Positions 12,008-55,950 of a stretch of DNA of 64,000 nucleotides are shown here, one piece after another. Source of the stretch: Macrostomum lignano (lineage: Eukaryota); the NCBI GenBank assembly GCA_002269645.1, contig NIVC01000260.1, forward strand, positions 372,001 to 436,000, written 5' to 3'. The position numbers and the translations under genes were made by a program. The first letter of the stretch is position 1, and each line of letters begins with the position of its first letter. The notes below the pieces were generated by a model. It was not told the origin of the DNA, did not search any database, and worked only from the letters and a program-made list of their open reading frames with translations.

Positions 12008-12629
12008 GCCTGACGGTAGACTTTCTCTTCTTGTCCTGAGTCCGAGTCCCGCTAATACCTTTTATCCTGATCGCTTGCTTTAAAAAAAATCGACTGACAG
12101 AAGTGGTTGCTTGCATTTCTGTCAACTTGAGAAGCCAGAGACGCCCAGTTTTCACTTGAGTTCAATTAGCTCTCAGTAGTGCAAACTCATTTAAGCCTTC
12201 TCAGTGCGTCAAATATTTACAGAAAGTTTTTAAAATGTCGAAACGAGTTCTTTAGTTAAACTTCTAACTAAAATATTCCAAAACATATATTTATACATGT
12301 ACCTCTTTATTATACTCAATTTTGCGCTGCAAGGATAACCCCACCCACCTGCACATGTAGGTCAATTTAGTACACTTTTGATGACACTTTTTTCCATAGT
12401 GGTGAAATTAGTTCGCTTACCTGCTTACCAGTCTGGCTTTGACATCCTGGCGGGACTATACGAGCGTAGTGACGTCTTTGTGGTGGTGGCATCACTTTGA
12501 CACCTTAGGGGCGTCTCTTTGCTTAGTGACATCTCTATGGCATCCTGCTGGAATCTCTATGACATCCTGGTGGCATCTCTATGACATCCTACTGGCATCT
12601 CTATGACATCGCAAAATGACTTTCACTAA

Positions 12630-12660
12630 GCTTCGGCTTAAACAATGTTTAAGCCGAAGC
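12630..12660. other. Perfect inverted repeat, 15-bp arms with a 1-nt spacer
   Basis: GCTTCGGCTTAAACA-A-TGTTTAAGCCGAAGC; preceded by a 22-bp tandem repeat (about 12530-12610). Confidence 0.9.
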
Positions 12661-13045
12661 AATGCGGCTTAGCTGAAAGCCAAGGAGAAGGAAATTAAAG
12701 TGGTGCTACTCAATATTAAAGTAGCAAAATCCAGCCAGCCGTGCAGCAGACCGAGATTCTCGGACACCCATCAAGCAGTTTGTCGGCGCGCGAATATGAT
12801 TTACTGATCCAGACAAATTCAAATCCCGTGAGAGTTTTAGTTGGCCTCATTTGCTAGATTGCAAGAAGCCTCGAGGCATTGCAGCTGGCTGTGTCTACTA
12901 ACTACATGTATATCTCTTATTGAGTAGTTTGCTCATATGCACTACGCCTTACAGCTAGCAAATTTATGAGAAAATACTATATGAGCTTTGTAAGGCCAAA
13001 ATGGTTGGGGAATTGTGCATTCTTCACGCACTCTTCCCAGTCGTT

Positions 13046-13186
13046 CGCAGTGGTTAGAACTCTGCGCATTCACGCACGATCGCAGTGGTTAGAACTCTGC
13101 GCATTCACGCACGATCACAGTGGTTAGAACTCTGCGCATTCACGCACGATCACAGTGGTTAGAACTCTGCGCATTCACGCACGATC
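13046..13186 (+). repeat. 4 x 35-bp tandem repeat containing a tRNA D-arm / A-box-like segment
   Basis: Unit C(G/A)CAGTGGTTAGAACTCTGCGCATTCACGCACGAT. Confidence 0.9.
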
Positions 13187-13323
13187 TGCACCCCTTTATT
13201 ACCCCAAAACCTTTTCCCATTAATTTATTGTGACCCACGGAGCGCATAGTGGACTTGGCAAAATATTGCAAACTAAACAAAACTGGTCACAGAGCTCATT
13301 GCCAAATATGAGCAGATAGATAG

Positions 13324-13332
13324 CCGGAAGTG
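13324..13332 (+). promoter_or_regulatory. ETS-type motif CCGGAAGTG in the divergent PAK/lectin - sif intergenic region
   Basis: Exact ETS consensus near GA/CT-rich promoter-like sequence (13500-13650). A single short motif is weak evidence. Confidence 0.25.
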
Positions 13333-13619
13333 ACCGATTTCTCTCTGTCGTGTCGGTGGGGTGGATGGAAAATTAACGAGTGTTTATGACCAGCGAACAC
13401 CTCCCCTTCACTTCGCTTCCAAACAGCTTATTACAGAGCGATCTAGATAGTGTAACCTGATCCCATCACAAGCAGACTGCATGCGTCCTTTCAAAAAGCG
13501 AAGCGGTTCCAGAGAGGGAGAGAGAGAGGAGTTTCCTGGTTCTGCACCACACGCCGAGGCTGCTAGCTTTAAAGTTCTAAAAAAATTCCCCCACATGTCT
13601 CCTATAGCTGCACTCTCTG

Positions 13620-13650
<31 letters not shown>

Positions 13651-13834
13651 GCCCATTCCACTGGCTCCCCTCTCGACCTCGAACACGATCGCCACAATGT
13701 GCAAAATGACGGCAGTGGAGCTGGTCGTGCCTTCGCCCGCCGCCCCCTCATACGCGAAAAAAAGTTTTTTTTTTCCCAGCCATTGGCCTGGTTCAAGGAG
13801 ACCCTGAACCAGGAACCTGGAGTTACAACTCCTC

Positions 13835-14590
13835 CTGATGGGCGTCTCTGTCTCTTGGTGGGTGCCCCTGTCTCTTGGTGGGTGCCCCTGTCTCTTGGTG
13901 GGTGCCCCTGTCTCTTGGTGGGTGCCCCTGTCTCTTGGTGGGTGCCCCTGTCTCTTGGTGGGTGCCCCTGTCTCTTGGTGGGTGCCCCTGTCTCTTGGTG
14001 GGTGCCCCTGTCTCTTGGTGGGTGCCCCTGTCTCTTGGTGGGTGCCCCTGTCTCTTGGTGGGTGCCCCTGTCTCTTGGTGGGTGCCCCTGTCTCTTGGTG
14101 GGTGCCCCTGTCTCTTGGTGGGTGCCCCTGTCTCTTGGTGGGTGCCCCTGTCTCTTGGTGGGCGGCCCTGTCTCTTGGTGGGCGGCCCTGTCTCTTGGTG
14201 GGCGGCCCTGTCTCTTGGTGGGCGGCCCTGTCTCTTGGTGGGCGGCCCTGTCTCTTGGTGGGCGGCCCTGTCTCTTGGTGGGCGGCCCTGTCTCTTGGTG
14301 GGCGGCCCTGTCTCTTGGTGGGCGGCCCTGTCTCTTGGTGGGCGGCCCTGTCTCTTGGTGGGCGGCCCTGTCTCTTGGTGGGCGGCCCTGTCTCTTGGTG
14401 GGCGGCCCTGTCTCTTGGTGGGCGCCCCTGTCTCTTGGTGGGCGGCCCTGTCTCTTGGTGGGCGGCCCTGTCTCTTGGTGGGCGGCCCTGTCTCTTGGTG
14501 GGCGGCCCTGTCTCTTGGTGGGCGCCCCTGTCTCTTGGTGGGCGGCCCTGTCTCTTGGTGGGCGGCCCTGTCTCTTGGTGGGCGCCACTT
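13835..14590. repeat. 20-bp minisatellite CCTGTCTCTTGGTGGG(TGCC/CGGC)
   Basis: About 37 copies; the variant switches from GGTGCC to GGCGGC at about 14160. Confidence 0.97.
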
Positions 14591-15084
14591 GGTGGGAATT
14601 CGTTGAAAACAGCATTTTTGTTTAACTGGGTGCTTACAGCTTGAGTCATTAGTTACGACTCTTGATTTTACGGAATTTACTAGACACATGCCTCGAAAAG
14701 AGTTTTCTTAGCTTATTGAAACTTGTCAACTTTTAGCTGGCTAGAAAATAGTAAGATAGCTGCCATCTGTAGTCAGCTTAGTAGTTTAACGTTTCTTCTA
14801 TTGCGCACATAATTTCATTGGTTTGCTTTTAGGTAGGGACACATTTCTGTATAAGTTCCTTGCTGTATAAATATCTTGTAATTCGATTTAGACTGCTGTA
14901 TTCACGTCTGGCAGGCGACAGCAGCAAAATTCTGGTGTATATTTAAGACAAAATTTTTTATTCCCCTGACTCAGTTAAGTAAGTAATTCGTGAGGGTTCG
15001 ATGTTTTTGGCGCCCGGGGTCGGGATTTGGGTTCGGGACGCGGTTCGGGTTTCTCGAAAGATGTCCTAAACTCCCGAAAACTGT

Positions 15085-15865
15085 CACCTCTATCTTTTGG
15101 TGGACACCCTTGTATCTTGGTGGACATTCCTGTCTCTTGGTGGACACCCTTGTCTCTTGGTGGACACCCCAGTCTATTGGTGGACATTCCTGTCTCTTGG
15201 TGGACACCCTTGTATCTTGGTGGACATTCCTGTCTCTTGGTGGGCGCCCCTGCCTCTTGGTGGACATTCCTGTCTCTTGGTGGACACCCTTGTCTTTTGG
15301 TGGACACCCTAGTCTCTTGGTGGACATTCCTGTCTCTTGGTGGACACCCTTGTATCTTGTGGACATTCCTGTCTCTTGGTGGACACCCTTGTATCTTGGT
15401 AGACATTCCTGTCTCTTGATGGGCGCCCCTGCCTCTTGGTGGACATTCCTGTCTCTTGGTGGACACCCTTGTATCTTGGTAGACATTCCTGTCTCTTGAT
15501 GGGCGCCCCTGCCTCTTGGTGGACATTCCTGTCTCTTGGTGGACACCCTTGTCTCTTGGTGGACATTCCTGTCTCTTGATGGGCGCCCCTGCTTCTTGTT
15601 GGACATTCCTGTCTCTTGGTGGACACCCTTGTCTCTTGGTGGACACCCCAGTCTCTTGGTGAACACCCCTGTCTTGTGGTGGACACCCTGTCTCTTGGTG
15701 GACATTCCTGTCTCTTGGTGGACACCTCTGTCTCTTGGTGGACATTCCTGTCTTGTGGTGGACACCCCTGTCTCTTGGTGGACATTCCTGTCTCTTGGTG
15801 GACACCCCTGTCTCTTGGTGGACATTCCTGTCTTGTGGTGGACACCCCTGTCTCTTGGTTGGCAA
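15085..15865. repeat. Diverged sister array of the 20-bp minisatellite (GTCTCTTGGTGGACACCC/GGACATTCC)
   Basis: Shares the TGTCTCTTGGTGG core with 13835-14590. A hAT-MITE-like end (reverse complement CAGTGGCTTACGCACAGGG) lies at 15932-15950. Confidence 0.92.
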
Positions 15866-16604
15866 CCCTATCTTCTAGGCTTGTGAACGCGACTTCCAAG
15901 AGGCGGCAATAGTCAAAGCCCCCCCCCATTGCCCTGTGCGTAAGCCACTGGACTAACTTATGCCGCCTTATTCCTTAAGGAACTCAAAAATTTTTACAAA
16001 AAACCTGAAGACTACTCAAGTCATTTGAAACATGCCAATAGCAATCCGGTTTGCGCGTCTTTTCAGCTTTCTTCTTTATCCTCTTGTCTCTTGTCTCCAT
16101 TCGCTTCTTTCATCTCTCGGCTGCTCCAAGTTCTGGATTGCGGCCTCCTTGGCAGGCTGCACCCCGCGAGCTGCCCCCCAACCCCAGCCCGTATCCCCTG
16201 TGGGATCTGTTTTTCACGGACAGTCGGGGTGTCGGTGGTTCAGGATCGGCCAGGGGGATTGGCGTGGCAAAGAAGCGCGAGGGAACCCAAAAACCCCCCA
16301 CCTCTGTCTCTCACTCTCTGTCTCCCAATGTCTCGCCTCCCTCCCAGCTGCAGTTGCGTCGTTATAAACAGCTGAACTGCGTTGACCAAAAAGTTCGACT
16401 GGCGACGGCGAGGCGTGCATGGCCCACTTGCAATCGAACAAATGCGCTTTACTGAGATCAGAGTGACTCAGACCTGCTTAATTACTGCACAGTGAATAGT
16501 CAACTCCGAATTAGGCCATATCTCAAAACAGCTCAACGTTGATGCCGAATTTGCGTTGATAAATTTTCAAGGTAAGTAAATCTATTGTTGGGGCAAAATT
16601 CTTT

Positions 16605-17405
16605 GTAATAGTGTAATAGTGCAATAGTGCAATAGTGTAATAGTGTAATAGTGTAATAGTGTAATGGTGTAATAGTGTAATAGTGTAATGATGTAATAGT
16701 GTAATAGTGTAATAGTGTAATGTGTAATAGTGTAATAGTGTAATAGTGTAATAGTGCAATAGTGTAATAGTGTAATAGTGTAATAGTGTAATAGTGCAAT
16801 AGTGCAATAGTGTAATAGTGTAATAGTGCAATAGTGCAATAGTGTAATAGTGCAATAGTGTAATAGTGTAATAGTGCAATAGTGTAATAGTGTAATAGTG
16901 TAATAGTGTAATGGTGTAATAGTGTAATAGTGTAATAGTGTAATAGTGCAATAGTGCAATAGTGTAATAGTGCAATAGTGTAATAGTGTAATAGTGCAAT
17001 AGTGTAATAGTGTAATAGTGTAATGTGTAATGGTGTAATAGTGTAATAGTGTAATGGTGTAATAGTGCAATAGTGTAATAGTGTAATAGTGCAATAGTGT
17101 AATAGTGTAATAGTGTAATGTGTAATGGTGTAATAGTGTAATAGTGTAATGGTGTAATAGTGTAATGGTGTAATAGTGTAATAGTGTAATAGTGTAATAG
17201 TGTAATGGTGTAATAGTGTAATAGTGTAATAGGGTAATAGTGTAATAGTGTAATGGTGTAATAGTGTAATGGTGTAATAGTGTAATAGTGTAATAGTGTA
17301 ATAGTGTAATAGTGTAATAGTGTAATAGTGTAATAGTGTAATAGTGTAATAGTGTAATAGTGTAATAGTGTAATAGTGTAATGGTGTAATAGTGTAATAG
17401 TATAA
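16605..17405. repeat. (TAATAGTG)n octamer satellite
   Basis: About 100 copies with CAATAGTG/TAATGGTG variants. Confidence 0.97.
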
Positions 17406-17409
17406 TATT

Positions 17410-17833
17410 TCGGCAAATCTTTTTACTTCAAGGGCCAGATAGAGAACGTAGAGAAAGACTGTCGGCCGGAGGAGGGGAGAGAAGAGAGGCAATGAAGAAG
17501 AGAGAAGGGACCTAAGAGAGAGGAGAGACTAGAGAATAAATGAGAAGAGAGAAGAGAGGAAGAGAGGAGATGTGGAGAAAGAGAGAGGAGATGATTGAGA
17601 AGAGAAGAGAGGAGAGAGGAAAGAGAAGAGAGGAGAGAAGAGAGGAGAGGAGGGGAGAGAGGAGAGAGGAGAGAGGAGAGAGGAGAGAGGAGAGGAGAGG
17701 AGATTAGAGAGAAGAGAGCTGAGAAGATACAAGCCTTGAGCGGGCCAGATTGCTATTGTAAAGTTTCAAAAGACCCGAGGGCCGGATAGAGAGGCTCTGC
17801 GGGCCGCATGATGATCGAGTTTGCCGGCCCATG
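17410..17833 (+). mobile_element. Non-autonomous hAT (Charlie/MER58-like) MITE remnant with an internal (GAGAG)n tract
   Basis: Left CGGCAAATCTTTTTACTTCAAGGGCCAGATAG and right GCGGGCCGCAT...GTTTGCCGGCCCATG resemble Charlie-type subterminal motifs as I recall them. The left TIR is truncated by the octamer array. Confidence 0.5.
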
Positions 17834-18080
17834 GTGTGTGCATACAGCGTACAGCATTGGCGCGCTTGCATGTGCTCAGAATTCAGCGGAATGAGCAGAA
17901 TTGCCGTCAGCTCTGGTTATGGGATCATGTCGCCAAAGGCCTTGCGCCATGGTGAGGAGAATTTTGACCCTGAAAACGGGTAAGAAACACCCAGACACTA
18001 AAGGCAGACAATAAACAGCCAAACTCTGTCCTGAATCCGGCCCGAACGCCCTCTCTGCCAGCCAGCAGGTCCTCGGCGCC

Positions 18081-46284
<28,204 letters not shown>

Positions 46285-46659
46285 CCCAGTTCCTCACCTG
46301 CCTCCTAGTTTGTTGTTATTCATAACTCGTTGCTAAGCTGGCTTCTCAATAATCTTATTACTAAACTGAATGGAATCTCTAGTGGACAAAGTTTTAAAGC
46401 CTGTTACAAAGACTTCTTCTGTTTATTATCGAAGCTTAATGAATTTTACTTGCTGAACGTTCGACGGACTTGTCTGAAGATCAGGAGAAAAGTTTTTATT
46501 TCCTAATCGCCCGCTCTGTCTCTTCTCAGCTCTCTGTTATTATACGCTATTAGAACACTTTTATACAACGTTATTGCATCAAGCTATGAACGATTATAAA
46601 TTGCCTCATCGAACACCCCCAGTTTTTTTTTAGTCCTGCTTTAAGTGCTCCTGCGCCTG

Positions 46660-46665
46660 CCTGGC

Positions 46666-46698
<33 letters not shown>

Positions 46699-46753
46699 GT
46701 CTCTCTGTCTGTCTGTCTGTGTGTCTGTCTATCTGTCTGTCTGTGTGTCTGTG

Positions 46754-46796
<43 letters not shown>

Positions 46797-46829
46797 GTGT
46801 CTGTCTATCTGTCTGTCTGTGTGTCTGTG

Positions 46830-46882
<53 letters not shown>

Positions 46883-46885
46883 GCT
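46660..46885. repeat. (GTCT)n microsatellite
   Basis: Direct inspection. Confidence 0.96.
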
Positions 46886-47562
46886 TTCCGTGATTGTATT
46901 ATTATGTTATTTTTTCCAGTTTTCTCTTAGCTTTTAGTACAATTTAAATATATGATATTTGATAAAAAATTTGGTGATGCATTGCTACAATTTCCTTCGA
47001 TTATGCAACAGAAATGATCAAGCGAAACTTCAGCTCAGATGCTATTGTTTAATTAATAACGCTGAGGCAATTAGTGTTAAATTACATTGCTGGCCTTCAG
47101 AACTTGAATATATTTGTATTTCTACTGTATATTTAGTCACACCTGAGATTTTGTGACATGCTGTACCAATTAGCAATAATTGCGGGCACCACAATGTTCA
47201 TTTGTATCAGTGCTTGGATCAACAGACCAATAAACAACACTTTTTGGAAGCCACCAACTCAAAGGTAAATGAAACTCATAAGCTAAGTCGCTAATGCATT
47301 TCAGCACTTCAGAAGTGTACCTTTTTTAAATTTGCAACAAACCGCCTGTCACAGATGATTAATTCAGTCTCGGAGCCAACCGCTAGCAATATGGAATAAA
47401 TTAACAAAGCCACTACAAACTGGTTCCTGCCGCCTGTGACCTGGTGCTTTCTGATAAGCGAGTCCCATGTATGCAATATTGGAAGCAGTTCACTCCCAGG
47501 TAAGATAACTGATAAGATAAGCAATGCAATTCTCTCACGAATTTCACTGCTGAGTGACGCAC

Positions 47563-47570
47563 TATATAAA
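47563..47570 (+). promoter_or_regulatory. Candidate TATA box for the SLC5 gene
   Basis: TATATAAA about 75 nt upstream of the ATG at 47641; it could instead be a LINE/SINE tail remnant. Confidence 0.3.
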
Positions 47571-47640
47571 TGCAATAAAGGCTAATGTGTGGGTGCTTAA
47601 CCGCATCTATCAATCATTGCGAACTGCAGCTCAGAACGGC

Positions 47641-51933
<4,293 letters not shown>

Positions 51934-52194
51934 GACCCGAGAAAATTAAACTGAATCGAAGGACTATGAGGCTCGTCATTTATCAATAAAATCGCTTTAA
52001 ACTTAAAGTAAAGTTGCCGCCACATAAAAAACCCACTCTACTCTGCTTTGCTGCGTAAGACATTGATTATTGCTGATTAATGCTACAATAACCTCTGCCT
52101 GACCTCTTTACGTTTTTAGTTTAAATTTCTCGACTTTAAAGGCAATCTCGTGAACGCACGTCCGCCGAACCAGGCTAAAAATGATTTGACACCT

Positions 52195-52600
52195 TCCTCT
52201 CCCCTATACTCTCTCCCCTCTGTACTGTCTCCCCTCTACTCTCACTCCTCTGTACTCTCTTCCCTCTCCTCTCTCCCTCTCTACTGTCTCCTCTCTACTC
52301 TCTCCCCTCTCTACTGTCTCCTCTCTCTACTCTCTCTCCTCTACTCTCTCCCCTCTCTACTGTCCCCTTTCTACTCTCTCCCCTCTCTACTGTCTCCCCT
52401 CTACTCTCTCCCCTCTCTACTGTCTGTGTCTACTCTCTCCCCTCTCTACTCTCTCCCCTCTCTACTCTCTCCCCTCTCTACTGTCTCCCCTCTACTCTTT
52501 CCCCTCTCTGTCTACTCTCTCCCCTCTCTACTCTCTCCCCTCTCTACTCTCTCCCCTCTCTACTCCCTCCCCTCTCTACTGTCTCTCTCTACTCTCTACT
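52195..52600. repeat. Pyrimidine-rich degenerate repeat (CTCTCTACTCTCTCCC)
   Basis: Direct inspection. Confidence 0.9.
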
Positions 52601-52878
52601 GGTTATCCCCTTGAATATAAAGCTGCAAAATGAAAAATTGCATGGAAATTCTGTTTCATTGTCTCTTCCTCGATCTACGAGCGCAGGTGCAAATTTTGGT
52701 TTGGGTGGACTCAAGAAAATGCTCTCAGCTGAATCATTTCCCATTGCATTCATGTCTCCGTTACAGCAGAAATGCTGAGATGCCGTGACAATTGGCACAG
52801 TTGAGCTTGGCTGCTTCGCAAATGCTCGACAAGTGTAAGCTACATGCGAAGCATTGGTAGGTAGGTGGTAGATTAATT

Positions 52879-53123
52879 GGCAGGTAATTTGGTCCAACAG
52901 AAGCATCCACTCTACATGAATTGATCGCTAGAAACCAGGGGCAGGTAATTTGGTCCAACAGAAGCATCCACTCTACATGAATTGATCGCTAGAAACCAGG
53001 GGCAGGTAATTTGGTCCAACAGAAGCATCCACTCTACATGTATTGATCGCTAGAAACCAGGGGCAGGTAATTTGGTCCAACAGAAGCATCCACTCTACAT
53101 GTATTGATCGCTAGAAACCAGGG
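52879..53123. repeat. 4 x 61-bp near-perfect tandem repeat
   Basis: CAGGTAATTT recurs at 52881, 52942, 53003 and 53064; one substitution separates copies 1-2 from copies 3-4. Confidence 0.95.
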
Positions 53124-53291
53124 ACGAAAAGCGCTTGAGCGATGCCAGAGCACTGAACCTTTACCAGGAAGCAAAAAATGTTCAGCCGAGTGGAGAATCA
53201 GCCAAACTTATATAATTTGATACTCGCAGAGCATCAATTGGTATCAGACACCGTACCAGCAGATAGTCATATACCTAAGTAGAGTGTTGAA

Positions 53292-53990
53292 ATGCCAAGT
53301 AAAGTCCTGCTACTCTTGCTGCACAGCAGCCAGCTGCTTTGGGCGTCAGCTCCGCCGCGCCCCGCTCCGTTCAGCCTCGAGGCGGGCAAATGCGTATTCG
53401 TGAACACAGCTCAAAGCTTCACCTGGTGCTCAGCGAATCGGCACTGCGCATCGATCGGTGCCAGCATGCTGAGTCTGAACTGCAGCTGAAAAATCTGGTT
53501 CGGAGTGTCCGACCTGGCTGAGGAGAGAGGCACGAGCAGGTCGGGCTGGCAGCTGGTGAAAGGCAAGGGCATTCTGCCTCTGAATGACTCCCTGTGGCGA
53601 ACAGGCGATCCAAACAGCAGCGGAGGCAACCAGGACTGCATCGGGCAGCACCATGACGCGGTCGGGAAGCTGTCCGACAACGTCTGCTCGGGACTGCGCG
53701 GCCTCGCCTGCGAGTTCGTTGGCGCAGCTCAGCCTCACTCTGGCCTGCTGTGGCAGCGGACTCCGTTCAAGCGCACCAGCTACAACCCGAGCTCCGAGTT
53801 CTGCCACGCTGACCTGCTGCAGGTGAAGAACGCAATGCACTGCGTGGCAGCCGGTGTGCGTGCGGCCAGCTGCAGACACGTGCTGTACAACAGCAAGCTG
53901 AGAGCCTGCCGCCTGCTGCTGTTCACCGACGCTCAGGCGGAGGCGGAGATCGAGACGAGCGCAGACTGGGTCAAGTTCGGCTTGCACTGA
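53292..53990 (+). pseudogene. Intronless secreted C-type lectin (DPN) plus PAN/apple-like module, paralog 2, with in-frame TGA at 53487-53489 and an apparent internal deletion
   Basis: Signal peptide MPSKVLLLLLHSSQLLWA; FTWCSANRHC..GA; *KIWFGVSDLAEERG; WRTGDPN...QDC...LSDNVC...ACE; FCHAD...MHC...LYNSKLRACRL. About 15 aa shorter than paralog 1 between GA and WxG. Confidence 0.75.
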
Positions 53991-54242
53991 GCAACAGTCT
54001 AGTCCTGTTTTTCCTTATTCTAAAAGTGATGGACACCAAAATCATCCGCCAGTTGACACCAATCTGGATGTATGACTTTGAGAGCTGATGGAAGTTTGAT
54101 AAAAAGGATTCCTACTTCGTATTCATGATAGGAAATTTCTTTGTTATGAACTGTCTTCCTATGATCTGCTGTTTAGATTACAGATATATGAGATTTTTTC
54201 CTGAAGGAACAAAATTCTAAATATACTAAATCTCTAATCCTA

Positions 54243-54730
54243 ATCGATCAGAAATTTTCCCGTGACTGTACATGCATCGCGGCTAAGAAATTGCTCGATG
54301 CTAAAGGCATTAAATATTCGAAAAACATGCTTTTTTGCAAAGGTCAAGCAAACTTTTCGACTTGAAATGCATTGTAAGAATGCTAGAGAAAAAACTGACT
54401 GGTTGAATTCTGACTCTGAAATAGATTGCATCATCACTGAATTGTAACTCCGACTTGAATTGAAAATGCAGTGTGGAAGCGTAGCACCAGACTTGATTTA
54501 AATTGCGTAACCATATTGTTAACTGATACTGACTGACTGAGAAACTGATTATGTCATAACTGCTTCGTGTGATTTACTCTATGCTTGGATTTTAAACTGT
54601 TGAATTATATATATATATAAGTGCAAAATTTGATGTTATCAAAAAGATGAGAACTAGCCTAGAGGTGAACAGACTGAACTGCTAAATGCAGCGACGATGG
54701 TTCGAATTTTCATAGAGTATAATTTTTTTA
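54243..54730 (+). repeat. Module head, copy 1 (about 480 bp; diverged duplicate at 57163-57625) ending in a tRNA-like Pol III unit
   Basis: Long shared blocks such as TTCGAAAAACATGCTTTTTTGCAAAGGTCAAGCA and ATGCTAGAGAAAAAACTGACTG; A-box TAGCCTAGAGG (54655), B-box GGTTCGAAT (about 54699), T-run (54723). Confidence 0.85.
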
Positions 54731-54774
54731 ATTAAAGCTTTTCAACGTCAGGAAAACTAAAAGACTTTTTAAAA

Positions 54775-55950
54775 AGAAGCGTCATGTAAAAATCATAGTA
54801 GCGTCATGTAAAAAATCGTAGAAGCGTCATATAAAAAATTATAGAAGCGTCATATAAAAATCATAGAAGCGTCATGTAAACAATCATAGAAGCGTCATGT
54901 AAACAATCATAGAAGCGTCATGTAAACAATCATAGAAGCGTCATGTAAAAAATCGTAGAAGCGTCATTTAAAAAATCATAGAAGCGTCATGCAAAAATCA
55001 TAGATGCGTCATTTAAAAAATCATGGAAGCGTCATGTAAACAATCATAGAAGCGTCATGTAAAAAATCATAGAAGCGTCATATAAAAATCATAGATGCAT
55101 CATTTAAAAAAATCATAGAAGCGTCATATAAAAAATCATAGAAGCGTCATGTAAAAATCATAGAAGCGTCATGTAAACAACCATAGAAGCGTCATGTAAA
55201 AAATCATAGAAGAGTCATGTAAACAATCATAGAAGCGTCATGTAAACAATCATAGAAGCGTCATGTAAACAATCATAGAAGCGTCATGAAAAAATCATAA
55301 AAGCGTCATGTAAACAATCATAGAAGCGTCATGTAAACAATCACAGAAGCGTCATGAAAAAATCATAGAAGCGTCATGTAAACAATCATAGAAGCGTCAT
55401 GTAAACAATCATAGAAGCATCATGTAAAAAAATCATAGTAGCGTCATGTAAACAATCATAGAAGCGTCATGTAAAGAATCATAGAAGCGTCATGTAAAAA
55501 AATCATAGAAGCGTCATGTAAAAAATCATAGAAGTGTCATGTAAACAATCATAGAAGCGTCATGAAAAAATCATAGAAGCGTCATGTAAACAATCATAGA
55601 AGCGTCATGTAAAAAGCATAGAAGCGTCATGTAAAAAGCATAGAAGCGTCATGTAGAAAGCATAGAAGCGTCATGTAAACAATCATAGAAGCGTCATGTA
55701 AACAATCATAGAAGCGTCATGTAAACAATCATAGAAGCGTCATGTAAAAAATCATAGAAGCGTCATGTAAACAATCATAGAAGCGTCATGTAAACAATCA
55801 TAGAAGCGTCATTTAAAAAATCATAGAAGCGTCATGTAAACAATCATAGAAGCGTCATGTAAAAAATCATAGAAGCGTCATGTAAAAAATCATAGAAGCG
55901 TCATGTAAAAATCGTAGAAGCGTCATTTAAAAATCATAGAAAATCATAAA
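54775..55950. repeat. 22-23 bp satellite A (CATAGAAGCGTCATGTAAACAAT)
   Basis: About 50 copies directly after module head 1. Confidence 0.96.

Noticed and set aside
47554-47640. N-terminal extension of the SLC5 ORF from the GTG at 47554
   Set aside because: The homologous region begins just after ATG 47641 (MALERTSNSFHWADY); the upstream part is AT-rich and contains the TATA-like motif.
52879-53123. CRISPR-like appearance of the 61-bp, 35-bp (13046) and 34-bp (38745) repeats
   Set aside because: Units are head-to-tail with no unique spacers, there are no cas genes, and the context is eukaryotic.
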